Assembly: GCA_965655095.1 (NCBI GenBank)
Contig: OZ296655.1
Location: forward strand, 66,526,001 to 66,590,000
Origin: Haplodiscus bocki
Lineage: Eukaryota
Reading direction: 5' to 3'
DNA: 64,000 nt
Positions 52,957 through 64,000 of the stretch are shown here, piece by piece. Both the position numbers and the translations under genes were made by a program. Below the pieces are notes generated by a model. The model was not told the origin of the DNA and made no database searches. It saw nothing but the letters and a program-made list of their open reading frames with translations. Each line of letters begins with the position of its first letter. Position 1 is the first letter of the stretch.

Positions 52957-54293
52957 ATTTGTTTAATAACTGAATTGTAATAACAGTGAAAATTAACAAT
53001 AACACAAAGAGTAAAATGATACTTCAAATTATAAAGTTAGCCAAGAGGTTTAACAAGCACAAAGATTAGTGTCAGTTATGAGAATGTTTTAATCAACTGT
53101 TTTTCAGGATAGCAGTTTTCTCAACCGTTTTTTGTTGTAACAATTTTCCTTCTCAACTGCTTTTTGTAGTCACTAATTTCCTTCTGATGATTGTTTTTCC
53201 TTTCAGGTTCGCCCCTCTTCCTCCATCTTCGTCAGCCAATTGGGTAATCCTTTTCCTGACGTCATGTGCTCGGTTTTTATTTATATTGAACATCAAAGGG
53301 GGTTCAACCCGGACTATGCATTTCATCATAATGACGTCAGTTTTAAAATAGAAGTACAAATAACATCAAAAGGGGTTTGGCCCGAAATATATTTCATCAT
53401 CATGACGTCAATTTTAAAAATAGTAACAAGAATAGCATCAAAGAATATATGCCGCAAAACAATGACCATCAAAAATATGGTTATGGAGGCTGGATAAACG
53501 TTCAGGGACAGTAAAATCATGTTCACATGCATATTCCATGTAGTAACTGGTTAAATCTAGTTATTATATACTAAATATGGCAAAAATATTAATATTAAGC
53601 TTCATGTACAAGTTTTAACTTTAGGTTAATGTATAGTGGTCAAACGTGGGCGTTATGACCATGTTTTGACCGGATAATATTTGTCGCTCAGGATTTGATA
53701 CTACTCAGCACTAAATAATTTTATGTCACGTGATCACATAATTATGCATTCATATAGGTACATAGCAACATTTTCTAGTTATATTTATTCGTGCATTGGC
53801 TTTCTGATTACGTTTGGCCGTATTTCGCCTTTTGTTTGGAAGCGACCATTTGCATTGAGCAAAGTGGTCAAAATCAGGTCCCAGTGACCAGTTTTGACCA
53901 TGTTCAGGCGGCGCTTCTGGTTGGTCAGCGTTTGATACGATCTCTTGTCTTTGACCAATCAATTTTGAGTATGAGACTGTAGATAAGTTGCGCACTGTAA
54001 ACATTTGTCTATGACCTTTCCTTCATGATACAAACTTCATCGATATTTGTATGGATTTTGTATATAAATATATAAATATTCATAAGATCATATATATATT
54101 TATATATGTTAATATATAAATATGTATGAAATATAACTTCAAAATGGGGGGCATGTTTATCCGGCGGTTTATTAAGCAATAGTTTTATTATATCAGTCTT
54201 CTAATAAGGGCAGAGCATGGCCCTGTGTGACTGAGTTCTGTCCATTGTAGTTGACGGAGTAGATCATGCCGTTACAGGCGGCAGCCTGCGACA
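52359..54293 (-). mobile_element. Family-C solo LTR, 1935 bp
   Basis: Minus strand TGTCGCAGGCTGCCGCCTGTAACGG...ACTCATCACA with a perfect 5-bp TSD ATGCG/ATGCG. Confidence 0.93.
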
Positions 54294-54489
54294 ATGCGCC
54301 AAAATATTTCTGAAATTAATTAAATAAAACTTTCAAACTACTGCGTTTTTTTTCAGACAGACCATGATTTACGGATGAGTACTGCTGTTGGGCTATGTGA
54401 TGCAGAAGAATTTCATGACAAAAAGTAGATCTCGTTAAGAATTTCAATGTTCTTCCGTCTTACAACTTTAGGAGCCTATCATAGCTGTA

Positions 54490-54610
54490 CCCGGGCCGAA
54501 GTCTCGGAGAAAGTCAGCGCTGATCGGCTCAGATTCAGAAATGTTTCAGCGCTGTTCATTACCTGAAAATTTCTGATCAGCGCTGATTATCTCTGGAACT
54601 TCAACCCGGG
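54490..54610. mobile_element. 121-bp MITE with ~37-bp imperfect terminal inverted repeats
   Basis: CCCGGGCCGAAGTCTCGGAGAAAGTCAGCGCTGATC versus the reverse-complemented right end CCCGGGTTGAAAGTTCCAGAGATAATCAGCGCTGATC. Confidence 0.7.
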
Positions 54611-55016
54611 GATACATCAGTATCTCAACTTTTCTCTAACTTGCTGACCAAACGTGCTCTATTTGAGACACTAGCTTGATCCAGACAGACAAGTTTCTGT
54701 AAAATGCACGACTCAAAATAAACTTAAAATTGAACTCTTGGATTGAGTAACTTTTATGCATTGAAGCTCTGGCGAAAATCAGCAAAATTACAGACAAAGT
54801 TAAACAATGACTATGCTGCTTCATCAGAGTTTTGATTGCAAATACGAAAATCGTTGATTGGATTGAATTGAATCATGAAAACTATATAATCACGACATAG
54901 TATATGCGAATGTACATATTAAAGAGAGTTCTCTGTATATACTTGTAACCATTAGTTAGTTGTATTGTAATAAACTTCTATATCAAGTTATAACTCGTAG
55001 TTGTCTCAAATTACAG

Positions 55017-55829
55017 ATGAGCGAAGGTGAGTTTTTCCAGGCTAAAACCCAAGCTCTGGATTGTCGAGTTTGTCTGGAAAAACTTGTAGACCCTAGGTAA
55101 GCTTATTTCTAGTCTTTTTTTCCAGAAAAATCCAAAAGTTCAATCAAAAACACATTGCTAATTAGGTTTTCTTTGTCGATGTTTAGCATGAACTTTCCAA
55201 ACTTCAAAATTTTGAAAAAAAACAAAAAGTAGTTCGCATGTTGCTACCCCAAGTATGAGGCCTTGTTCGTCTTGCAACCTGCAAAATTATGCTAAAAAAA
55301 GTTGTACAAAATGATTCAGAAAACGTAAGCAGAACAGAATTTTTACGGCAAATTAACTCTCAAAAAACACATTTTAGACATGTACGACATTTATTTTTTC
55401 AGACTTAAGTTGCCGCATTTGCTGCATATTCACTTCACTCGTGGATTAACTGTCGCGAATCTTGTCAAAAAATCTCAAAAAAACTTCCAAGTATGCAACT
55501 CTTTTTCTTTGTCCCCACATTTTTTTTCGAACAATTTTTCAATGTAATGGATTGTATCTAACAATATTTGAATAAAAATTTTTCAAATCAGTTGACTTTT
55601 CATCTGAAATTCAGTCCAAATTAAATTTTTAGTAAAACGTAGGGAAAAGTTTAAAGTTGCTGCTGTTTTTGGTTGTTTTTTTTCCAGGGTGCTGCCTTGT
55701 GGGCACAGCTTCTGTGGATTCGAGTCCAGCATCAAATGTATCCAAAAATTAGACAATCCACATGGCATCCAATGTCCAATATGCAGAACACGCCACACAG
55801 TTGGTATAACGAGTTTCATGCCAAATTGA
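55017..55829 (+). CDS. N-terminal C3HC4 RING finger (TRIM/E3-ligase-like); exons 55017-55096 and 55688 to about 55803/55829
   Basis: Splicing AG|gtaagc...ttccag|G gives MSEGEFFQAKTQALDCRVCLEKLVDPRVLPCGHSFCGFESSIKCIQKLDNPHGIQCPICRTRHTV. The 3' continuation is unclear (possible donor at 55804, TGA at 55827, gap downstream). Confidence 0.8.
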
Positions 55830-58098
55830 TTTAGCAGGGAAAACTTGCATGTTGAATCCAAGGATAAAAATAAACTTTTTGGAAAATATACGAATGTAAA
55901 GCAACTTCCATGGAAATTTCATGCAACGTGCAAAATCTTGCAAGAAATTGCCAGCAACATGGAAGACTTCTCACAAAATATTCTTGCAAAAATTCGAGGG
56001 AATGAAAATTTGGTTTCACACAAAATTGTAATCACTACTTCACCTAAAAAAAGTAGCAATAGTTATTTTTTTGGCTCGACTTCAAATATTGAAACATTAG
56101 AGCAAACTTTCAACTCTGAATCGAAGGGAGTTTGAACCTACAAGAAATGGTTTTCAGTTGAGAAGAATTTAGCTTTACCCTGCAGCATTTCTTTTGTGTA
56201 GGTTTTATTACACAAAAAGGTTTTGTACAAAAAGGTGAAAGATCGATTAATTTTCCCAAGTTTATCAGCTAAAAACCTATTTTCTGTTTTCAACACTTCA
56301 GGGGTCACAATCAAGAAATCAATAAAACGGATAAATTATCTATTCAACCAGAACTTGGTTGCACGCTTTATGTGAAACGTGCATGAAAAACATCTAATGT
56401 AGGTGAAAAATCTTGTAAAACAGAAATGCTGTGGTTGCTGTCAAATTTTGTAGCTTTTAGGTAAAGCTCTTAAAAAATACCCATGGTGCATGGAAGAAAG
56501 TTGCACACATTCTAAATCAGACTAAATACATGCATGTGAGCTTCTTCCTGAATCATTGACAATCTTNNNNNNNNNNNNNNNNNNNNNNNNNNNNNNNNNN
56601 NNNNNNNNNNNNNNNNNNNNNNNNNNNNNNNNNNNNNNNNNNNNNNNNNNNNNNNNNNNNNNNNNNNNNNNNNNNNNNNNNNNNNNNNNNNNNNNNNNNN
56701 NNNNNNNNNNNNNNNNNACGATTTATTACTTTACTTCTGCAGTCGTGGAACAGAGGTGAAGCGTATGACGATATTTTGCTTATACAGCTGTTCGACTATT
56801 TCTTGACACAAACAGATGTGCTGAAAAATTTGAAGTTTGGGAAGTTTTATAGCTTCATAAATTGTTGCAAGAATGAAATAACGTAACATCAAGGGAATTT
56901 GTGGAGGTTCCTACAAGAATTTACAAAACGACTTTAGAACGGATAAAAACTCGAGAACATTGCTTCAAAAAGTTCAAGCAAAATATAGATCATATGAGCG
57001 ATGACGTGTCAAGGTATTACGTACTGAAAGTAACAGGACAAATAAGAGAGCAGTTTTTCACCTTTTATTCATGAGTAAGTAAGTGACAAAAACCGTCAGA
57101 TCGTGTATGACACGAAACTTTGTATGATGTCTTTTCCTTTTGCTGCTGAGATGTTTTATTTCCTGGGAACTCACAAAACATACGGTTTCGAAGACAAAAA
57201 GTTCAGATGCAATATCATGAAAAACGGTTTACTTTCCCAGTTGTCGCGTTATAGCTAACGCTTAAACTAATGTAAAAGGAAAGAAAAGGAAAAATTCTAA
57301 ACGCGTTGAAATGTGGTTCAACGCACAAAATAAAGACACGTGCGCGTTAGCTACATTTTGTAGCTGGTAGATGAAAGCGGCTTGAATATTACTGACTTAC
57401 TCGCTTACCGGACGGCAGCCTTAGTTCTTTCCCTTTTACTTTATATTACTCTCCTCTTCCCTTTTACTTTACTCCTTTTCCTTTTAACGTTATTTTCTTT
57501 CCATTCTTGCTTGGTTAAATTTATTCTAAATTCTCTTCCTGCTTCTCTTCGGACAAAACTATTCCAAGTCCCATTTTCATTCTGACTTAGAAAAATTTCC
57601 TCTTTCCTTCTACAAATTCTATACTCTTGCCATCGGAGTATAAACGGTGTCCACTAACGCTAGCTTCGGTAATAGCGTGTGCTGATTCCGTGGATGAACT
57701 TCGGTTCTGAAGCATGAGTGGATCTTAAACTGCACGACCCCCACGAGGTTGCTAGGCAAAGAGAATTGACGTTACTCATAGATCAAATCTCACCTCGTCT
57801 GCTGCCGTGGTATTTAGAATTTACTCTAAATTCCGAGTTACGGATTAAATATGCAGAAACCGTCTTTTTTCCAAAATTCAACTATTGCTACCGACTAGGT
57901 AACCTTCGTTGACGTTGCTATTTGCGGCGCTCTCCTATTGGTCAATTACTCGATTCCGTCATAGTGGGGTATAAATACCCCGTACTCTCTCATCCTATTG
58001 ATTCTCTTTCCTACCGTCAACCGGCCTAATTCCCCGAGGCGAAACTCTCTCCCACTTTCCTCTCATCATATTTTCTAGAGCTTAATTCTCGCTCTGAA

Positions 58099-58715
58099 AA
58101 TATTCTAAGACAAGTATAAATCTTGTCTCTGCCAAATTCCCATTCTTCGCATCGAAAAATTTCTAAGACAAGTCTAAATCTTGTCTTTGCTAAATTCCAA
58201 TTACCTCTCAACGAAAATATTCTAAGACATTTTTAAGTAATGTCTTTACCAAATTCCAATTGCCTCTCCTTGAAAAAAATCTATGACATTTTCAAAAATT
58301 GTCTTTACCAAATTCCAGTCGCCTCTCATTGAAAATATTCTAAGACATTTTCAAATAATGTCTTTACCAAATTCCAATCGCCTCTCATTGAAACTATTCT
58401 AGGACAATGTTAAAACTTGTCTTAGTCAAATTTAGTCATCACCTCTTCGAAATATTCTAAGACAATTTTAAAACTTGTCTGAGTCAAATTTCTTCATCAC
58501 CTCTTCGAAATATTCTAAGACAATTTTAAAAATTGTCTTAGCCAAATTTCCTCATCGGCTCTTCGGAAATATTCAAAGACTTTTTCGCCTGCAAATTTGT
58601 CTTAGCCGCAAAACGTCAATTTCCTGGAAATATTCAAAGACTTTTGCGCCTGCAAAATTGTCTTAGCCGCAAAACATCGATATCTTGGAAATTTTAAAAG
58701 ACTCTTCCGCCTACA
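58099..58715 (+). repeat. About 11 tandem 58-61-bp units with an internal AAGACA...TGTCTT hairpin (also 62828-63444)
   Basis: Consensus close to AATATTCTAAGACAATTTTAAAACTTGTCTTTACCAAATTCC...CCTCTC...GAA. Confidence 0.9.
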
Positions 58716-59120
58716 AGCAGTATCCCAGCCGCAACCAGCAATCATCCAGCAACCAGTAGCAACCATCAGCAATCAGCCGTAATCAACAACAGACAACATC
58801 AACCCGACCAATGCCAGCCCCTAACGTAAAAGACTATATGAGTAATTCCCCTTTTCCTTACGCGCAGTTATATTTCCTTCACGGTTCAATATATTGAATT
58901 TTCACTGTTTATAATTTAAAATTCTTTTGTATTCTTCTTCATAGCTCACAAGTCCTTGCTTGAAATCACGCAATCCCTTTGTTCGCACGTTAAGCAAGGC
59001 ACCCTAATGAGACTTATAAATAATAACCGTCGCTATAGTATAGTAGTGCTGATCGAGTCAAACGCCAGCACAACTGAGTAATTAATAGATTTGCAAAACC
59101 CCCTACCACGTGCAACAAAC

Positions 59121-59137
59121 TGGAGCGACCAGTGAGG
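59121..59137 (+). promoter_or_regulatory. Primer-binding site (tRNA-Thr-like, tentative)
   Basis: TGGAGCGACCAGTGAGG 3 nt after the LTR; TGGAG...CCAG.GAG resembles the complement of a tRNA-Thr 3' end. Confidence 0.55.
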
Positions 59138-59224
59138 CCCAACAGTGAGAAACCCTTTTAACTAAAATCCGTTCTTGCTGGAGCTATATTTGTATGGGTT
59201 ATGATTTTCTGATAAATAATTACA

Positions 59225-60386
59225 ATGGCTGCTGCTCATCTCGCTTATCCCGACCTGGCGGTGGACAAATTTTCTGGCACAGACCCCGATCAAGATGCCG
59301 AATCTTTCAACCAACTAATCGAACGAAAAATCAACTTTGCTCTTGGAGACGCACCTGCAGATGCTGGTGAACTGGTAAACTACACTTTCAGGAAGAAAGC
59401 GCTCTTTACTCCGAGGACCAGCCGCTGAGTGGTACGAGAGCAATATTACCAACGCAACAACCTGGGAGAATGTTCGAACAAATTTCATCACTAGATTTTC
59501 AGATAGACGAAACAAATTCCGATACCGCATGGAAGTGGAACATTGTATTAGAGGAGATGGAGAAGAAATTCGGAACTTTTTACACCGTATCAAACCAACG
59601 GTTGATAAAGGATGGCCCGATGATATGAACGGTATTGAGGCCGCTCAACAAAATGCGGAACGGGCAGCACAAGGCAGACAAAGGAGACAAAGGTACATGG
59701 ACTACAGTTTCCGAGGACTTAGACCTAGATATCTGCAACGGAAAGCTCAAGAATATCTAATGGAGCGTCCAAACGCCACGTGGAACGATTTCTGTGCTCA
59801 TATAATTCAAGAAGATTTGATACTAGAAGTATCTTCGACCTTTCTATCCCATGAAGCACAAACCAAAGCAGAATTGGCAACACTTGGACATGAGATAAAA
59901 AACCTTCGATCAGAGTTGAAAGAATATCACGTCATTGCCGTAGTAATAACTTCACGAACTTTTCATCCCAATCAACAGGGAAGACAAAAAACTACCCGAT
60001 TCTGTAATTACTGCCATAAAAATGGACATACACTAAATTGGTGTCGCAAAAAGATGCGAGATGAAGAAGTACGAAAAATACGCAATGATATGTCATCTAA
60101 AAGGATTATCTGTCTCATGAAGAACTCTTCCACTGAACAATCGAACCGTAAACCACCAAACAATGACGCCATGAACGATTTTCTTCATCTGGACGATAGA
60201 AACAGCCCATCGATCGAACGGCTATCTAACGAGGATGCAAATTGGCAACATGAAGATGAACAGTTTACTCCTCCCGAACGAAGACTCTTTCCAAGGAACA
60301 ATGGCATGAGCTTCAATAAGGCAGAAGCTACATCAATCGGCGAGTCTGACGGTGAATCATCGGACTCACTTCCGTTAGGTTTCTGA
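59225..60386 (+). pseudogene. gag: Gag with CCHC zinc knuckle, one frameshift near 59408
   Basis: KFSGTDPDQDAESF...; after the shift LLRGPAAEWY...TWENVRTNFITRF...; CNYCHKNGHTLNWC fits Cx2Cx4Hx4C; stop at 60386. Confidence 0.88.
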
Positions 60387-63300
60387 AGCCTCCAAAATCT
60401 CTTTTATATATTTTTTTTACCCCCTTCAAACTTTTTGTAACTTAACTATAGTTGATTGCACCTTCTTCATTGCTTACGTCTAATCCAACATCTATTCTTC
60501 TAATCCAAATAACCGGCATCAGACATGCATACAGAAACCTTCTCAGCAAAGATTATCCACGCAATTAATTACCTGGAATTCTTGACCCGCAAGGAAATCG
60601 ATCATAATGCCATGGCCACACCAAAAACCAACCAAAATTAACTCTTCGCTGCAAATGGAAAACAAGCAACTCCAATAGAAGCATATAAACAAGGAAAACT
60701 TTTGGAAAACCAGTATCAAACTTTCAAAATTCTGACGAAAACATTTCTTCAAAGTCAAGATCGGGATTGCTGAGAATCTACTCGCTGCAATGCTCAAACC
60801 AAAACAGCCTAAACAGAAGGGTTCGCCAGCCTCTTTGTGACCCTAATAATCTCCGAAAAATGGATGAATGGGAAAACCAAAGCCTGGACGATCTTCTGGA
60901 TTTTAGACCGAGACCCTGGGGTATTTCACGAGGTGTCACTGATCAGCATCCCACCCACGATTCAATAACTAAATTTGAGACAGTTGTTCTTCATGCTTAC
61001 AAGCCTGGAACAATTTCGAAATTACTTTCATGGATCCCCTAAATCAATTTTTCTGAAATATTCTATTCGTTTTCTTTCCGGATAATAACTGAAGGGCCCA
61101 CACTTCTCTTACTTGTTGAAACTTCACTAGCAGACCAAAAGGAACTGAGCCTGACGAAGCTTTCCAGACGACATTACTCTCAAACAAGCATAACAAACGG
61201 CCTGAAAATAGGCTGACAGACTCTAATAACTTTGATACTAATTACGGAAGAAGCAAATTTCATTTGGCACTTTTTTGACGATACTGGGTTCGATCCAGCG
61301 TCCTCTAAAAAAATCTCGGCGTCGTTTTAATAGTAGTGGAGCTACTACTATAAAATTTTAGCTCCTACTCTGTCTTAGTGCCCACAGAGCGCTGGTTTGA
61401 TAATAGGGCATTCGTCCATAGCTATTCCTCTGGCAGAATAGAGAGACCTTTTCCACTTGGGAATCCGGTGGCGAAGTAAGCTATTTTTCTTTTCTCCCGC
61501 TAACCTGATTGCAGATGAAAGTTAGGTTACACAAAGCTTACAGTAAACATCTTGATTGCAGCTAGAAGATTATTGGGTCTTGGCCAGCTGTCCTCATTAT
61601 CCCAGACGTAATATATCCTTCACATTCAACTTCTAGTACGACGTACTTTTCTAACCCAGCCTCGGCTGACGAACAAAACGAGAACAATTAGCAAATCACA
61701 GCTCAACTCCCGCCTCCACGATGGTTTATTTTTCGACTTCGCTACATGGGAAATTATCTTTCGGGACAACTGACGAAACGACCAGTATATTCAGATAACA
61801 TTTTGCCTACTCGAGTGAAATGTGGTTCCCCTACAAGCTGTCACTGCTCTTCCTCAATCAGGATTTTACACTCTCTAGAATTGTTGCTTTGCCAAACTCT
61901 ACCCACTCATCCCGTTCACTTTTCCCTAGCACCCCACAATCATTTTTCTATCCCTTTAACCCCGGTGAGTTGTCGCGTTATAGCTAACGCTTAAGCAAAT
62001 GTAAAAGGAAAGAAAAGGAAAAATTCTAAACGCGTTGAAATGTGGTTCAACGCACAAAATAAAGACACGCGCGCGTTAGCTACTTTTTGTAGCTGGTAGA
62101 GGAAAGCGGCTTGAATATTACTGACTTACTCGCTTACCGGACGGCAGCCTTAGTTCTTTCCCTTTTACTTTATATTACTCTCCTCTTCCCTTTTACTTTA
62201 CTCCTTTTCCTTTTAACGTTATTTTCTTTCCATTCTTGCTTGGTTAAATTTATTCTAAATTCTCTTCCTGCTTCTCTTCGGACAAAACTATTCCAAGTCC
62301 CATTTTCATTCTGACTTAGAAAAATTTCCTCTTTCCTTCTACAAATTCTATACTCTTGCCATCGGAGTATAAACGGTGTCCACTAACGCTAGCTTCGGTA
62401 ATAGCGTGTGCTGATTCCGTGGATGAACTTCGGTTCTGAAGCATGAGTGGATCTTAAACTGCACGACCCCCACGAGGTTGCTAGGCAAAGAGAATTGACG
62501 TTACTCATAGATCAAATCTCACCTCGTCTGCTGCCGTGGTATTTAGAATTTACTCTAAATTCCGAGTTACGGATTAAATATGCAGAAACCGTCTTTTTTC
62601 CAAAATTCAACTATTGCTACCGACTAGGTAACCTTCGTTGACGTTGCTATTTGCGGCGCTCTCCTATTGGTCAATTACTCGATTCCGTCATAGTAGGGTA
62701 TAAATACCCCGTACTCTCTCATCCTATTGATTCTCTTTCCTACCGTCAACCGGCCTAATTCCCCGAGGCGAAACTCTCTCCCACTTTCCTCTCATCATAT
62801 TTTCTAGAGCTTAATTCTCGCTCTGAAAATATTCTAAGACAAGTATAAATCTTGTCTCTGCCAAATTCCCATTCTTCGCATCGAAAAATTTCTAAGACAA
62901 GTCTAAATCTTGTCTTTGCTAAATTCCAATTACCTCTCAACGAAAATATTCTAAGACATTTTTAAGTAATGTCTTTACCAAATTCCAATTGCCTCTCCTT
63001 GAAAAAAATCTATGACATTTTCAAAAATTGTCTTTACCAAATTCCAGTCGCCTCTCATTGAAAATATTCTAAGACATTTTCAAATAATGTCTTTACCAAA
63101 TTCCAATCGCCTCTCATTGAAACTATTCTAGGACAATGTTAAAACTTGTCTTAGTCAAATTTAGTCATCACCTCTTCGAAATATTCTAAGACAATTTTAA
63201 AACTTGTCTGAGTCAAATTTCTTCATCACCTCTTCGAAATATTCTAAGACAATTTTAAAAATTGTCTTAGCCAAATTTCCTCATCGGCTCTTCGGAAATA

Positions 63301-64000
63301 TTCAAAGACTTTTTCGCCTGCAAATTTGTCTTAGCCGCAAAACGTCAATTTCCTGGAAATATTCAAAGACTTTTGCGCCTGCAAAATTGTCTTAGCCGCA
63401 AAACATCGATATCTTGGAAATTTTAAAAGACTCTTCCGCCTACAAGCAGTATCCCAGCCGCAACCAGCAATCATCCAGCAACCAGTAGCAACCATCAGCA
63501 ATCAGCCGTAATCAACAACAGACAACATCAACCCGACCAATGCCAGCCCCTAACGTAAAAGACTATATGAGTAATTCCCCTTTTCCTTACGCGCAGTTAT
63601 ATTTCCTTCACGGTTCAATATATTGAATTTTCACTGTTTATAATTTAAAATTCTTTTGTATTCTTCTTCATAGCTCACAAGTCCTTGCTTGAATTCACGC
63701 AATCCCTTTGTTCGCACGTTAAGCAAGGCACCCTAATGAGACTTATAAATAATAACCGTCGCTATAGTATAGTAGTGCTGATCGAGTCAAACGCCAGCAC
63801 AACTGAGTAATTAATAGATTTGCAAAACCCCCTACCACGTGCGACACAGATTTTTTTCAAAATCTCAACAGCAAGCTACTGCAGTAACTAGATACCTGAC
63901 GTATGATCAAACTTAGTGTCCCAAAACATTTCAAGCAAAAATGCGATGGATTAAGATCTTTGATGTGGGGACAAACCTCTGACATTTTTGCAAAACCGAA

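Larger units (their letters stand above)
57242..63846 (+). mobile_element. Family-A LTR retrotransposon, gag-only, non-autonomous, 6605 bp
   Basis: LTRs 57242-59117 and 61971-63846 (both 1876 bp, about 8 differences seen); TGTCGC/GCGACA termini; flanks CAGT/CAGA; PBS at 59121; gag present, no pol motifs in the 2853-bp interior. Confidence 0.95.

Noticed and set aside
58099-58715. CRISPR-like array of palindromic repeats
   Set aside because: The inter-hairpin segments are homologous to each other rather than unique spacers; no cas genes; it lies inside a eukaryotic LTR.

Overview
AT-rich, intron-containing eukaryotic (probably invertebrate animal) DNA with two N-gaps (about 19524-19723 and 56567-56717), dominated by transposable elements; no prokaryotic features. 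Three LTR retrotransposon families (Ty3/gypsy-like gag in A and B) have LTRs starting TGTCGC. Family A: a young gag-only element at 57242-63846 with twin 1876-bp LTRs, a 3.46-kb solo LTR at 24577-28039 (TSD AGTG) and an old minus-strand copy at 795-4238. Family B (MATLRNKRK... ORF): copies at 33573, 47552 and 49557. Family C (MVSTRKK... ORF): copies at about 16152, 18596, 20938, 44660 and 52359. Also present: a 2915-bp tandem duplication, a MULE-like element with a 9-bp TSD, a tRNA-derived SINE, several MITE-like repeats, a cathepsin-L-like pseudogene fragment and two exons of a RING-finger gene. Main observations: (1) families B and C carry a 130-200 codon ORF inside the 3' end of the LTR, which in B continues through the primer-binding site into Gag, and in-frame LTR-end/PBS duplications appear to move the LTR boundary; (2) family A LTRs carry a conserved, repeatedly duplicated ~114-nt module with UNCG hairpins and compensatory changes, plus a covarying hairpin array. 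All alignments were done by eye; no searches were run, so novelty is untested.
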